Part shown: positions 10,695 to 24,403 of the stretch, in pieces
Position numbering within the stretch: position 1 is the first letter of the stretch
Layout: every line of letters starts with the position of its first letter
DNA from: Tubulanus polymorphus
Taxonomy: Eukaryota > Animalia > Nemertea
DNA length: 64,000 bases
Assembly (NCBI RefSeq): GCF_964204645.1
Contig: NC_134028.1
Coordinates: 12,137,263 to 12,201,262 of the forward strand
Direction of reading: 5' to 3'
Notes under the pieces: generated by a model
Database searches by the model: none
The model's input: only the letters and a program-made list of their open reading frames with translations
Told to the model about the DNA's origin: nothing
Program-made: the position numbers and the translations under genes

Positions 10695-13600
10695 TGATGG
10701 CCTCGTTTCAGATCGCGCCACCAGAACCGTTTGATTTATCTAAGCCTACAGAATGGCCGAAATGGCTCCAGAGATTTGATAGGTTCAGTATAGCATAAGG
10801 CCTGTCAACAAAGGATGGGGCTACCCAGGTAAATACACTGATTTACAACATGGGTGAAAAGGCTGATGAAATCTTACCTAGCTTCGACCTTACTGAACAA
10901 CAATTATCTGACTTACCAACAGTCAAAGCGAAGTTTGAAGGACATTTTATTGTCCGTCGAAACATCATATATGAAAGAACCAAATTCAATCGTAGGACTC
11001 AGCTGTCGAGTGAGCCAGTCAATTCTTTCATCAAAGCACTATACAGTCTCGCTGAACACTGTAATTATGGTGCTCTGCGGGAGGAGATGATACGGGACCG
11101 CATCGTAGTTGGACTACAAGATGAGAGACTCTCCGGACGACTACAGATGAACAATGAGCTCACCTTACTAAAGGCCGTAAACATCGCGCGAGAGAGTGAG
11201 TCAGCAAAGACACAGCAACAAGCCATCAGAAATGGTGGTTCTGCATCTAACAGTGATGTTGAAGAGATTAGAGCTCATCATAAGCGATTTCAAAACCCTA
11301 ACAAATCAGGGAAGGCCCGGTTCAGACCAAACATTGTGTCGCAGCCAGAGAAATCAAAAATGCGTTATTCCTGGTGTGGTTGTAAACCAAACGACGACCG
11401 TATGCGTTGCCCGGCGAAGGATGCAACATGCCGACAATGTTCAAAGAAAGGACATTTTGCTGCCGTGTGCCGATCGGGGAAGCTGAAACCCGGTAGGAGT
11501 AGAGGAAGATGTTGATTCATTCCTGAATCAGGTGAAATCATTGGTAGTTCCAGCAGTCCTTGGTCGGTCAAACTAAATCTGAAAAGCCAGGATATCCAGT
11601 TTAAGATCGATACGGGTGCGGACATAACAGCTATCTCCGAGAAAACTTATAATGAAATGCCGCGTCGCCCTAACTAATACCAACAGATCGCACGTTATAT
11701 GGACCTGGTCGTGCGAAATTAGAGACTGTTGGGAAAATTAGGTGTATGCTTGCTTTGGAATCCGCCAAGAATGGGAGAAAACATTCGGTTAGATCCCTAC
11801 ATATACATTGTCAGAAACCTTGTCAAGTCACTACTCGGAAGACCAGCTATTGAAGCACTCCACATTCTGTCAAAAGCAAACCTCGATACTGTCAAAGAGA
11901 ATACAAGTATGCTTGATAAATACAAGAAGCTATTCCCGAAACTCTTCACAGGATTGAGGCAACTAGAGGGTGCGTACAAAATCGAACTGAGGGAAAATGC
12001 GCAACCATATTCGATTACAACACCCAGGAGAGTTGCTTTACCCCTCATGTCTCGAGTCAAAGACGAACTCATGCGCATTTAGAATTTGGGTGTCATCAAA
12101 CCGGTCGATCAACCTACTGATTGGTGTGCGGGAATGGTCGTTTTTCCGAAACAAAACTCTGAACGTGTTAGAATCTGCATAGACCTACAACGGTAAAACG
12201 AAAGTGTCAAAAGGGAACTTCATCCACTACTGACAGTTGATGAAACCCTTGCTCAACTCAGCGGTGCAAAAGCATTTTTACGAAAATCGATGTTAATTCC
12301 GGGTTTTGGCAAATTAATCTAGATGAGTAGTCGTAGTTGCTTACAACATTCATGACCCCCTTTGGCCGCTTTGCTTTCAAGCGCCTGCCATTCGGAATTT
12401 CCTCTGCACGAGAGTACTTTCAAAAACGTATGCAGAAAACTCTGGATGGGATAGAAGGGGTGGTGCGCGAAATGGATGATATTTTGGTAGCTGGCCCTGA
12501 CCAGCAAACTCACGATAGTAGATTGTTTGAAGTATTGCGAAGACTAGAAGCTGCTGGTGTAACCTTGAACACCGATAAATGCGTCTTCTCAGTACTTTCA
12601 ATCAAATTCGTGGGACACATCATTAGTGCGGATGGGATCAGAGCCGATTCTTTGAAAGTGGCAGCTATCATGCAAATGAAGCAGCCTACGAACATCACGG
12701 AACTTCGAAGGTTCCTTTGAATGGCATATCAGCTTGGAAAATTCTCAGCGAGCCTAGCGGAAGATACGATACCTCGGTGCGACCTTCTCTCAAAGAAATG
12801 TGCTTGGTATTGGTCAGACACGCAGGAACAGGCTTTTAATGACGTAAAAGCTTTGCTGAGCTCAACTCCGGTTCTTTCTATGTACGACATCCGTTCCGAG
12901 ACCGTGTTATCGGCAGATGCATCGTCTTACGGTCTCAGTGCTGTTCTCGCCTAGAAACAATCTAATGGTCATTACAGCCCTGTTGCATATGCTTCGCGAG
13001 CGAGGACGCCGACTGAACAGAGACACGCGCAGATTGAAAAGGAGGCACTAGCCATTGCATGGGCGTGCCAACGATTTGATAATTTCCTGCTCGGATTACG
13101 GTTCCATGTCGAAACCGATCACAAACCCCTCGTGCCTCTGTTGAGGACGAAAAACCTCGAAGAGCTTCTGCCGCGTGTACAACGTTTCAAACTTAAATTG
13201 ATGCGGTATTCGTTCTCGATCTCACATGTTCCCGGAAAGAAAATGACAACGGCCGACACGTAATCTCGTGCTCCGACGAAAGCCGGGGTGGATGATTCAT
13301 TCGAGGAAGAAACGACCGCGTATGTCAACACAATTTATCAGGGATTCCCAGCGTCTAAATCATGACTAGAGCAAATCCGAGAAAGTCAATCACGCGATGC
13401 CGTTTGCAAACTAATATGTGAGTATATTCAGTCTGAATGGCCTAATCAACTAGACAACCGCATAAAAACGTACTGGAATGTTAAAAGCGATCTTACTTTC
13501 AATAATGGACTATTGCTCAGAGGTTGCAGAATCGTAATACCTCAGGAATTGCGACCTGAAATGCTCAAACGGATTCACGAAGGACATTTGGGTATAATCA

Positions 13601-14619
13601 AGTGTCGCGCGCGAGCGAAAGATTCAATCTGGTGACTTGGATTGAGTCGCGACATCAACGATTTAGTAAAATCGTGTGAAACATGCATCAAACGTCAACA
13701 TGATCGTGCAGAACAGCTTATGCCGACAGATTTCCCGTGTCACCCGTGGCAAAAAGTGGGAACTAATCTGCTCAAGTTTAAAGGTCAGTTATACCTCGTA
13801 ATAGTGGATTATTTTTCGCGATATGTAGAATTGGCAAAACTACAGTCTACATCATATGTTGGTAAGATTCGTCACATAAAATCGATATTCGCATGGCATT
13901 GTGTTCCCAAAATTGAAATATCCAATAACGGTCAGCAGTATGCGTCAACGGAATTCCAGGATTTCGCAAAAATTTACGATTTCGTGCATACTACGAGTAG
14001 CCCTCACTACCCGCAAGCGAATGGGGCTGCGGAACATGCCGTGCAAACCGTTGAAAACATGTCACGTTCGTCTAAAGATCCGCATAAGGCCTTACCGGCT
14101 TATCGATCTACTCCGCTCGAAAATGGCTACTCTCCGGCAGAGCTGTTGTTTTGACGTAAAATTCGTTCAACTCTACCAGTAATACAGTCCAGTCTGAAGC
14201 CACAGAGTCCGGACATCACGCAATTACGTGCAAAAGAACTACATCTTAAACAACGCCAGAAGTTGAACTACGACAATCGTCACCGTGCTAGGGAACGCTT
14301 CGCTCTAACACCCGGTGACAGAGTTTTCCTGCGAGGAGGTGATACCCCAGGAACAGTCATCAAATGTGAGGAGACCCCCAGGTCCTATGTCGTTAGAACA
14401 GAGAATGGTGACTTTAGGCGAAATTGTCGCCACCTTGCCGAAATTCCAGATACTTCCGATAACCGCGTTACGGTTCCGTCGAGTCCAGAGAAGTTATCTA
14501 TGTCTCAGGCGACTGAGAATCCGAAAATTGATGTGTCTTCTCAGAATCAACATGTGACCGATGGAAACGTCACACGTTCAGGCAGGACAGTTAAGCCTCC
14601 AAGCCGTTTGGACCTATAA
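10695..14619 (+). pseudogene. Gypsy gag-pol with many stops and frameshifts
   Basis: gag (AEHCNYG...IRDRIVVG, CRQCSKKGHFAAVC), PR (FKIDTGAD), RT (RLPFGIS, MDDILV), RH (ADASSYGL, ETDHKPL) and INT (GHLG..KC, VDYFSRY, NGAAE). Confidence 0.95.
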
Positions 14620-15144
14620 TTAATTCCATTTAAATTCATAATTTAGTAACGACTGTTAGACATTTGAAATAAGACAATCAAATACCACGTCGAACTTGAC
14701 TGCATAAAATCTTTATTAAACAAGGTAATTCATTTAATACATATATAATGTATAAGGCCTCGAAGGGAGGTGTAGTGTTAGCTAAATATATTGTACCAGG
14801 GATTGGCACCCTCTGGTGGAGTTTGATAGAAATAGAGTTAATAATATGGCGATTATAGAGTTGGTTGTTCATTTGTCGTAGCTAGAGGAATCCAAAACAC
14901 AACAGATATGGTCCCCCGGTGGCAGTTGTATCAACTTGAAAAAGTCTCGTGACGAGGCAGGTTGTGGCCAGAAATAGAAATATTTCCGGGAAAAATTTTT
15001 CGCAATGCAAACACACTTGTTGTTCACTTTTTTCCTATTCTTCTTTTGAAATTGAAGTATTGTAATAGACAATAGATTTGGTTTGGTAGGTCACCTTGCT
15101 TAGGAGTCTGTTTATCAAAGCATCAAAGCAATACAGTCTTACTT

Positions 15145-15792
15145 GACGTATCGGCACCGCGCGGGATTTACGCGAAGCAGCAAACACAAACATGGCCACT
15201 ATCTCAATTTTCAATGATAGAAATCGTGTGTGCATTTCAATTATTTCGGCTGTTAGGGTTTTAAGGCACAATATAAGTTGATGATGTTATATGGCGATGT
15301 TAATTAATGATAATTCCGCAGCGAAGCTAGTCACGAACGGTGCCGATTGAGTGTACAGCTGCCAAAAACACTGAAATGTGTGTAGTTGCGTAACTATTTG
15401 CAGTGAATTGCAGACGAAACATGAAGCCTTAACGGCCGTTTAAAAGAAATTATACCAATCGCAATTGTAAAATAAAAATGAGATAGAACCTAAGTTAAAA
15501 TTCTGGCCATTTCTAAAATGTTATTACTAATTTTTAGTCAGTGCCGAACGTTTAGTTTTCCAACAATAATGAGGGGTGGTAGGTAGTCGTGCAATTCAAG
15601 TCATCATTTATTACATGTTACTTCCATGTTGTTGAAAATCTCCCGAGTCCTGCACCAAACCCCGTTGAACAATGTGATCTGTGTGCTGGCCACAAATGCA
15701 CACAGATCACACTACACTACCCATCACATACTCCAGTACCCAAACCTTTCATATATCCATCCAAATATTTAGAGTGTCTTTCTTCCTGGATT
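15145..15792 (+). repeat. ~650 bp interspersed repeat, arm 1 of a long inverted pair
   Basis: Near-identical reverse complement at 20786-21458; even the spurious ORF MQFKSSFIT... appears in both arms. Confidence 0.9.
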
Positions 15793-16342
15793 ATGTCTCA
15801 CATGCAGCGTGGCAGGACGGTCATTATATTGCCCAACGTTCTTCAATGTGTAAACTCCATCGTACTCGGCATTATAGGACAGTGAGGAATTGAATTTTAG
15901 CCACCTGAGCCAACGGCTTGATTTGAGCAAAAGAGATTAAATGACTTCACAGAATTTGATTATGAGTCTAGGATTTTCTACATTTTTGAAGAATGCTTTC
16001 TCTGGTTTTGAGATCAATTCAAATTCACTCTTGAATACATAAAAATTAGTCAAATAGATTTTTATTTTATTGAAAGCAAATCTACTGGACACAGATTTTG
16101 AAATGAATTATGTGTCGATTTATCCAGACGAAATAATTACAGCAAAATCAACAGACAATCAACAAAATGGATTTTTCATTTATCTTCGATAATTTGTCTA
16201 CCCCTGATGATACAATCATTTTGGCTACACCGTTTGAAACATCAACACCTGATCTACACGCACCAATTAGTCAGCCACAGTCGATTTTCATGCCATCTGA
16301 CCTCTTTCCACCTGTAATTAAGTGATCACATGTAAGAATTAC

Positions 16343-16947
16343 CAGGGATAAGAACGCCGATCTGTAAAATCCGCAGGTTTTTTTTCTCGAAGTTACACAC
16401 GCGAACCAGCACCAGCGAGCGCCGAAGACGCAAAGCTATTGGGGGGGGGGGTTTGGATCTTGAACCCATGAACGACCATTATATTTTGGAAGGTAATGGC
16501 TAGTTCCAATGTGGTACATCCTCATTCTATGACATTCAGCATCTCATGCATTACGGGTCGAGCCCTGAATTATTGCAGTAAAAATGCGCCGATGAATGCT
16601 CACTAAAAATCATCACCCAGTAGTGTATAATATCTGAAGGTGTTCGCCACACACGCGCAGCAACAGTAAGTAAGCCTATATACATTACTACTGTTGCCGC
16701 ACGCGCGTGTCAGCAATCGATCGATAAAATACATACACACTCATCGTAGTACAAATGTAGATACAAAATCACTGTGTTGCAATGAATATGCATTGAAATG
16801 CAATACTTTTACGTGACGATAAGTAAAACAGGAAATGAACGCTTTTACGGTTCACCTGATTACCGATCGCGCCGGACCAATTGAGTGAGATCATTCAATA
16901 CCGAATTCCGTGGGAAACCGCGGATCCGCGGGGAATTCTCATCCCTG
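16343..16947. mobile_element. Non-autonomous hAT-like MITE with a 6-bp TSD
   Basis: TIR CAGGGAT(A/G)AGAA / TTCTCATCCCTG and AATTAC duplicated on both sides. Paralogue A2 has a single aattac at ~35111. Confidence 0.8.
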
Positions 16948-18506
16948 AATTACTTAATGATAGATATCTTAGGAGACCAATTTAAATCATGCATTTGTCG
17001 TGAAAAATCTATGACTACTGTCTCGCAGAGCATAGACACCATTAAGCCATGTGGAATTAGTATTCTAAGGACTTTTCAGTTTACTCCAAAACAAGTCTAA
17101 TAAACTTTAAAAAGCTTCATATCAAGGGTAAGTCGCATGACTCTTGACGCCCATGAATTATCATCCCATAATAACAATGAATCCAATTCTGCATGTACGT
17201 TTAGCACAACTAATCCAAATATTGTATACATGGCAATTGAAAAAAACAATTACACAAAACGTCAAGCACTTACCGCATCCGAGACCGCTGCGCTTAAGTT
17301 ACGACAATAACGAAAAAGCTTCATTTGAATCGTATGCTTGCACACTGTAGTTTAAATTTATTTCTACCAGCTGTTAGAATCTGCAAAGCCAAAGGAATTG
17401 AAGACTGTAGTGACCAGTTCATTCCACGAATAATAGCTGGAAAGAAAGTACTCCAAATAAATAGATGTACAGAGTGTAAACCAGCCCCTTACTAACTACT
17501 TAGGCTTTCCACTGGCTCTACACACTACATTTAGGGCCTTAATCTGTTCTAGGCGTATCCCCCCCCAAAAAGCTAGCTAAATTTAGGCTGTAGATACCGG
17601 TGGGTAGCCAACAATTATCATTGCTTCACCGAGTACTCATTAGCTGCCATATGTACTGTACTCACAAGATCATGTAAAACATTCCCTGGTTAACGGATTC
17701 TCACCTTAAATTACATAAACTCTGCTGTTGTCGTTGTCATCGATCCGAGTCGTCAAGTGAAAATGAACGCGGAAGAAAAATTTTGTATGAAAATTCCTGC
17801 CATTTCTGTCCATATTACATTGATTTGAGCCAGAAATCCCCGGAAAATCCGAGAATTTTCCGTATTCACGTCAGAAACACAAAAATAGGTCTAAGCGAGG
17901 AACTTATAGAAAGCAAAGTATAACGCCCGAAAGGCTCTATTTGATTAGCCAGTGCTGCCACCTGTGGTGTGCGCCGGAAGTGAGAAGCTTATCAGTCGGA
18001 GTGACAGATTTAATAATTTGTTCAGTAGTTATTTGGAGAAAACACGACGGTAAGCATTTCTATGCATTTAAAGTTTATGTTTCTAAAGATAATGGTATAT
18101 TGGTGTATCATTTAAGCATAAATATTGCTTTGTAAGATGTTTCACATAGCCAGGAAGGGTGATTTTGCAAAATATTCATATGACCTTGACCTTCCATTTT
18201 AGGTGAAATGTTTTTTGAACAAACCATTTACTATTGTAATTTTGTATTTTCAGTCAATCGTAATCGTACTCGTATTCGTAATCGTACTCGTATTCGTATA
18301 TTTCATTAGAAGGAATTGACGCTGTTTGACATAATTAAAATTAGAATCATGGAAAATAAACTTGGATACCGTAACTGAATTTTATGGACTTATTCGTTAA
18401 TCGTATGATTCATACACAAAGAATTTTTGATGTTTTTTGCGTATGTTAAAGTGGTATAATTACATGGTAAGAGATGTTTATCTAAAAACAATGAAAACAA
18501 ATTTAC

Positions 18507-18582
18507 CTCGCAATTTCACTCTCCACATCATCACTTCCATCATAATCATATACCACTATATCAGTTTTTTTACTATTTGGCT
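18507..18582 (-). CDS. Candidate exon of the KATNIP-like gene (EPNSKKTDIVVYDYDGSDDVESEIA)
   Basis: cttttcttcag acceptor and GAG|GTAAAT donor. Its phase-1 start matches the preceding exon. Confidence 0.5.
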
Positions 18583-18932
18583 CTGAAGAAAAGGTAGAAA
18601 ATAGCAGTAAATAAATGAAACTGGATGTTAGTTAAGCCAAATTTTCCATTATCCTTCAAATCAATCTGTGGTAAAAGCAAAGTTTCTCCAGTTATGCTGT
18701 GTGTTTCTTTAGCAGAATGATTCTTACAGTTTTCTTCTTACTGACATAAAATAAATGAAATAGAATAGATGCAGATGAAGTGGAATTCAATTCAAAGCTG
18801 TAACCCATTGATAATCTTAGTTTTACTCAAATGCAGGTCACTTAAATGACAATGTACAAGTGTTTCACGTCAACTCAGTTTAACATTTCTGACATCATCA
18901 ATACACAGGAGACAATGAAACCAGTTCACTAC

Positions 18933-19173
18933 CTGATGCAGGAACAACCTTTGTAGTACCTATGCCCAATTCAGAATTGAAGTAAGATTCAGGAGAGGAA
19001 TACAATTTTGAGTCAGCAGTAGTATTGAAGCTATAATTACGAATGATTCCTTGTAAGTCGATAGCCTGGTGATAATCGTAGACCTGGTTTCCACATCCCT
19101 TTTCTATTTGTCCATCATATACAAGTTCTCCACTTACAAATATCAGAACGTCTTTAATTCCAAGGCACAGATC
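18933..19173 (-). CDS. KATNIP: KATNIP/KIAA0556-like exon (DUF4457 repeat, C-terminal part)
   Basis: ttttgcag acceptor, then DLCLGIKDVLIFVSGELVYDGQIEKGCGNQVYDY. The donor position (CAG|GTAGTG) is less certain. Confidence 0.78.
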
Positions 19174-20088
19174 CTGCAAAATTATACTGGACAAATTAAT
19201 GCCTATCCCTTGAAACTGATATTTTGGGGGAGTGGACCATTGAGAGGGCACTGAAAACCGATATAAAATTTCCCACTACCCAGTCCATAAAAATGACTGC
19301 ATTAATGAAAAATCCACCATGATAACTTTCTGCTTGCCCACCCACTGGTTATTCATGAGAAATTTCAGCATTCAATAACCCTTTAACCGCAATCGGTCGC
19401 TAGCAACTGATTTGAAATAGACCAGCCATAGAGAATAGAATAGTCAAGTATTGATTTCTGTGAAGCCTTCTTACTCATTTTCCTGTGAGCAGATGGCAAC
19501 ACCAGACAGCATACAATGTCTAACAAAGCACAATATATCATACATTTAGCAAACTATTTTGGCCCCAACTATTGCACAATTGTTAAAAATACATATTCTA
19601 TTTTGCATATGGAAATTCCTCCCAAAAACCAAATTGACTAAAGATATCACAGCAATCGCACCAGACGTACAATTTTCAATCAAAAACTTAACCTGAATGG
19701 AGAGCGGTAGTAATTCTTGGCTTACATATCAGAACTAGCCGACAGCTTAGCCATAAGCATTTGCAAGCACTGAAGGCCCAAAGCAATTTCTTGGGGGTAG
19801 GTGCAGCTTGGAGCCTTCCCCGAGAAAACTTTTGAAATTAGAGTAGACACTGCCTAAACCGGTACAAATGGGAATGTTCATTAAGTACGTAGGCAAGCCC
19901 TAGATAGGACCTCAACAGCAAGAGCGTATGATCTTCGTATAAAGCTAGGTAGGTATTTACACAACATTTTGGAAAATTGTTGGGTTTCACAACTTAGCCA
20001 CATGGGGCTGAGAGTGAACTTGCTACTAAGGTATGGGTTTGCTAAAAAGGAAATTGATATTAGAGAGTGAATTCAGTATCAAACTTAC

Positions 20089-20235
20089 ATTTAAGTTCCT
20101 GTTATAATTCCATATTTTCATCTTTGATAAAGCTAAGTCAGCAATAGTGTCATCATGTTTACGCAAAGTGAAGAAAAATTCAAGAGGTCGATTAGGGTCT
20201 GTTGCACAACTCCACATATTGCAATCTTTTGTAGT
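20089..20235 (-). CDS. KATNIP: KATNIP/KIAA0556-like exon
   Basis: tttgcag / GTAAGT, 147 nt, phase 0-0. Encodes TTKDCNMWSC...PLEFFF...LSKMKIWNYNRNLN, with the IWNYN motif typical of DUF4457. Confidence 0.85.
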
Positions 20236-20785
20236 CTGCAAACATAAATCCAGTTATAAAATGAAATTGGTGTGTCAAGGTGTTGTGTTTACTTTGGCCT
20301 TTGAAGAATTAACAAATTTGATTACTAGCTATTTACCAACCCACTCATGCCTTATAGCATCAAGGAAACACTTCACTTAGCTTGAGACATGCAGGACATG
20401 CCGCGGACATTACCCAGGAACTATTGTATAACTGCTGGCTGTGCTTTACGCAATAATCAACCAGCTACACAATAACATGTTTTTTTATCAAAGATACGGT
20501 TACTTGGGAGCGATGAATTCGCATTGTGGTGCCCCTGGTAGCCTTGTCAACAAATTGTTTGATAGTAAACAATGGGTAACAAGACAAACAAGTATACCAC
20601 GTTTCTTGAAAATATCCCTTATACTTATGGAGAAAATGTGACACAACTAAAAGTTGATGCCAGTCAGACGGACCAATGACGAATGGACAGATAACAATGG
20701 CTCATGCCCTAACCCTACAGCTCCACTCTTCCAGTCACAGCGGTGTTAAGTAATTTGCCACAGGCAAAGTGGTTTACCTTTCTAG

Positions 20786-21458
20786 TATCCAGGAAGAAAG
20801 ACACTCTAAATATTTGGATGGATATATGAAAGCTGGGGATACTGGAGTGTGTAATGGGTAGTGTAGTGTGATCTGTGTGCATTTGTGGCCAGACCACAGA
20901 TCACATTGTTCATTGGGGTTTGGTCCAGGACTCGCGGGATTTTCAACAACACGGAAGTAACGTGTAATAAATGATGACTTGAATTGCATGACTACCTACC
21001 ACCCCTCATTATTGTTGGAAAACTAAACGTTCCGCACTGACTAAAAATTAGCAATAACATTTTAGAAATGGCCAGAATTTTAACTTAGGTTCTATCTCAT
21101 TTTTATCTTACAATTGCGATTAATATAATTTTTTTTTAAACGGCCGTTAAGGCTTCATGTTTCGTCTGCAATTCACTGCAAATAGTTACGCAACTACGCA
21201 CATTTAAGTGTTTTTGGCAGCTGTACACTCAATCGGCACCGTTCGTGACTAGCTTCACTGCGGAATTATCATTAATTAACATCGCCATATCACATCATCA
21301 ACTTATATTGTGCCTTAAAACCCTAACAGCCGAAATAATTGAAATGCACACACGATTTCTATCATTGAAAATTGAGATAGTGGCCAAGTTTGTGTTCTGC
21401 TGCTTCGCGTAAATCCCGCGCGGTGAGGCATCCACGCGGAGTGGGGCCGATACGTCTA
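20786..21458 (-). repeat. ~670 bp interspersed repeat, arm 2 of the inverted pair
   Basis: Reverse complement of 15145-15792, with ~20 extra bp near 21425-21445. Confidence 0.9.
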
Positions 21459-21984
21459 GAAGAATGTACTATTATACATGTATTCATTTGAAAAGCTTGC
21501 GTTCAGTTAGTTTTGGTTTAAATATGACCAGAAAACTATAAGGGCTCTAGGATTAGTATGACTCAAATTTGATATTGGCTGTGTTTTTGCAATTCATTTT
21601 ATTTAGCATTAAAATCCAGGAAGCCAATTACACAGTTCCAGAATTCTCATTTTGAGCCTACCAGCTCTTTTTCCTCCTGATCAATGTGGCAATATTTTCC
21701 TACAGGTTTAGATTTTGTTCAATGCTGTATCCAATCATTCCAGCAGTTTCAAACGGCATCTTGAAAGCAGATAGATGATGAGACAACAAATACTCATCAG
21801 AAAGTGACAAACCATAATTTATTGACTAACTTTTTGAAATTACCATATAAAATCTTAGAACAAATAAAGGTTGAATCCCTGCAAAATTTCAAGCTCAAAT
21901 ATTCCTAACTGAATATTTTCTGAAAACAGATCAAAGTTTGGGTTAAGAAACAGAAAATATCAAAACTCTTTTGGCAATCAACTG

Positions 21985-22867
21985 GGGCCAGTTTAACAAA
22001 GCACACTTAACTTTAATTATAATTAGGACCTAAATCATGATTAAATTTCATTAATTATGATTAGTTAATTGCGGTTAAAATTCGGTTTCACTAATTAGGG
22101 TTTCATAACAAAATTAACTAATTACATAATTAGGAAACTTAATTACAATTTAACTGTATCAAAATGGTGGATATTTAGTTAGCTATTTGCTGTTCAAGCA
22201 TCAACAACCTTCCTTGTTCAGAGAGGAAAAGAGAAACTCACTCCTTTGGGAGTTAAAGATTGCTCTGAAAGGTCTCAGGAACCAGTGGAACAACTTAGCA
22301 AGATGTCTCCAAAGTTTTTAAATAGAAACTCACCTCCAGTCAGCATCATAAAATCCTCAATGGGGTTTATTTCCGAGCAGTGATACTTTTTAACACCATA
22401 AATCCATAGATATGTACTCTACTGACGGAAATCTATCATATCTATGGACAAAATCAATTAGGGGCCTAATTCAATACTTCTAAGTATGTGGTGGTCATGC
22501 TGACAAAAAATCGGATGTTTGAAAATAAATCAATAAAATTTAGAGTATTATTTTTACAAAAGGCAAAAAATCCAAATTATTCAGCCAAATAATCTGAAAA
22601 TCTTAATAAGTGTAGCAATTGCCTTCGTCAATTAATAAACACCAAATTCCATGAATAATATCTGCAGCTTTTTGTTTTTAATAATAAACTAATGATGATT
22701 AAATGGTTTAATTACACTCTAGAGAACTAAATTTTATAATTAACTTAATTATAATTTAAATTAATTACGTTTTGTGAAACACCTAACTTGATTTGATCAT
22801 GATCATTTAATCATGATTAGTGATTTAATCATAATTAAGGGTTAATTACGCTTTGTGAAACCGGCCC
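21985..22867. mobile_element. PIF/Harbinger-type non-autonomous element
   Basis: TIR GGGCC(A/G)GTTT(A/C)ACAAAGC, CTG TSD (21982-21984 / 22868-22870) and TAATTA-rich subterminal repeats. Confidence 0.8.
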
Positions 22868-23387
22868 CTGTTTTTAAAATGGTTAATTTCCCATTCTAGA
22901 AGTTCTAAAAACCTTTTGAGTATGTGGAGTTAAGTGGACACCTTCCACCCCTTTGCTTACCCAGATACCGTAACATATAGTACATAGATATACATTATTG
23001 TTAAGATTTTTACATCGAGAAACAGCCGTAGAATTCGATTTTTACCAGACCTTGAATTATATAACATTTTAAGGTAAGGCCAACCCAAAATAATTGTCTT
23101 TTCGTTGTAACACCGACTTAACTTTTCAGGATGAGTCAGTAGGTAGGTAGAAATTTTGTTATGCAAAATTTATCACCTTTTTTACAGGGAAACAATATCA
23201 CAAATCTGCGTTGTGCATATGAAATTTGTCGAATAGCATAGATTTCAAGAGTAATTCTAGATGGCTCCGACGATATCCAAATCACTAGAAAATGTTCATA
23301 CTTAAATGAACTTGTCAGTAAATAGTAGAGTCCCAAGACGAGCCCCTATCTATAATCTTCCATTCTATCACTCAAGCCAAGCGTATT

Positions 23388-24403
23388 CAGACCTGCCAAC
23401 CCGTGTCTGACTAAATCAGAACAATATCATAAATTTTCAGTAATAACTGAATTTTTTCAGTAACACGCGTGTTATGTATAATATGACGCTGTATTGGAAA
23501 AAAACGGTTAATTTTACTTGATTTTGCGTTCTGTTTTTTCATTTCAATTGTCAATATGATATTGTACGTTTGTAATACCGGCATGAGACGTGTAGATTAT
23601 AATTGTCAACTCCTAACACAACTAATACTTTGTCACTAGTCAGTACAAAAAAACAAGTGTGAGGCTCTACGAAACATTCATGCAAGACATTTAACAGTGT
23701 ATCATCTTCAAATTGGTGGGCTTCCCTCTCTTTGTTGCTGGTTCGTTATTGATAAGGTTCATCACTTATATCAGATAAAATGACGTCTAAATCTATTAAA
23801 TAATCGCAATCCTGGTCGCAGTAGCCGCCATGTACAGACACACTGATTACAGCAGAGAACCGATGCGACTGGTTGGCGGTGAGAGGTCGTTGTTAAGAAA
23901 TATTTTTTTTCTAATTTATTTTTCATTTTGACCAAATAGATGACGCAGAATCATTGATTGATATACAAATAAATTAACTTAGTCAGGTTACTTCTAAAAA
24001 ATGATTCAACGCCTGCAAGCAATCGTCATTATTTTTACAGCAATGTGGGCTGTATCTTTATGAGGCACGAGAGAGAGTATAAAAATTAGTAGATTGCCCC
24101 GGTGACAGCCAGCTGATAGATGTACTGTATCGAATGCGTGCAGGAAGCCACGTGTATGCCAGCGGTCTGTGTAACACAGTGATATTGATTGGATGTTAGG
24201 CGCGTATATCATCTACCAGAACGCACGGCGTGCGCTAAGAACTCCTATTTTAGTTTCCGATAATAAAATCAACATGTTGAAACTTCTTGTAAAACGTAAT
24301 GAAAATAGACTAAAATCGTATTTTTGAACACCCAATTGTGTCAACGTAATTTGTCCTGTCAATCCGCAACGATTACGGGAAATTGTAACAGTTGGCATAT
24401 CTG
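23388..24403. mobile_element. Non-autonomous TIR DNA transposon (hAT- or P-like)
   Basis: TIR CAGACCTGCCAAC / GTTGGCATATCTG with flanks cgtatt / tgtatt (imperfect 6-bp TSD). Confidence 0.6.

Larger units (their letters stand above)
10364..14904 (+). mobile_element. Full-length but decayed Gypsy/Ty3 LTR retrotransposon with very short LTRs
   Basis: LTRs at 10364-10491 and 14771-14904, GATAT TSD (10359-10363 / 14905-14909), PBS, PPT gaagggagg and gag-PR-RT-RH-INT order. The empty site gaagatatggtccccc is present at ~34347. Confidence 0.96.
10128..17850 (+). repeat. Hairpin-ended interspersed repeat family A, copy A1 (Helentron/HINE-like); carries three later insertions
   Basis: Begins AAATATAGCTGCACAGCAGCGATAACGGGTTTC. 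Collinear with 34116-35770 once the insertions at 10364-14904, 15145-15792 and 16343-16947 are removed. Confidence 0.7.

Noticed and set aside
15589-15885. Duplicated ORF MQFKSSFIT... (also 20774-20989) as a paralogous gene pair
   Set aside because: It is a by-product of the inverted repeat copies, with a non-ATG start and no domain features.
15145-21458. Inverted pair as the TIRs of one large transposon that captured exons
   Set aside because: No TSD seen, arm 1 is an insertion within repeat A1, and the enclosed exons are in phase and collinear with exons outside the pair.
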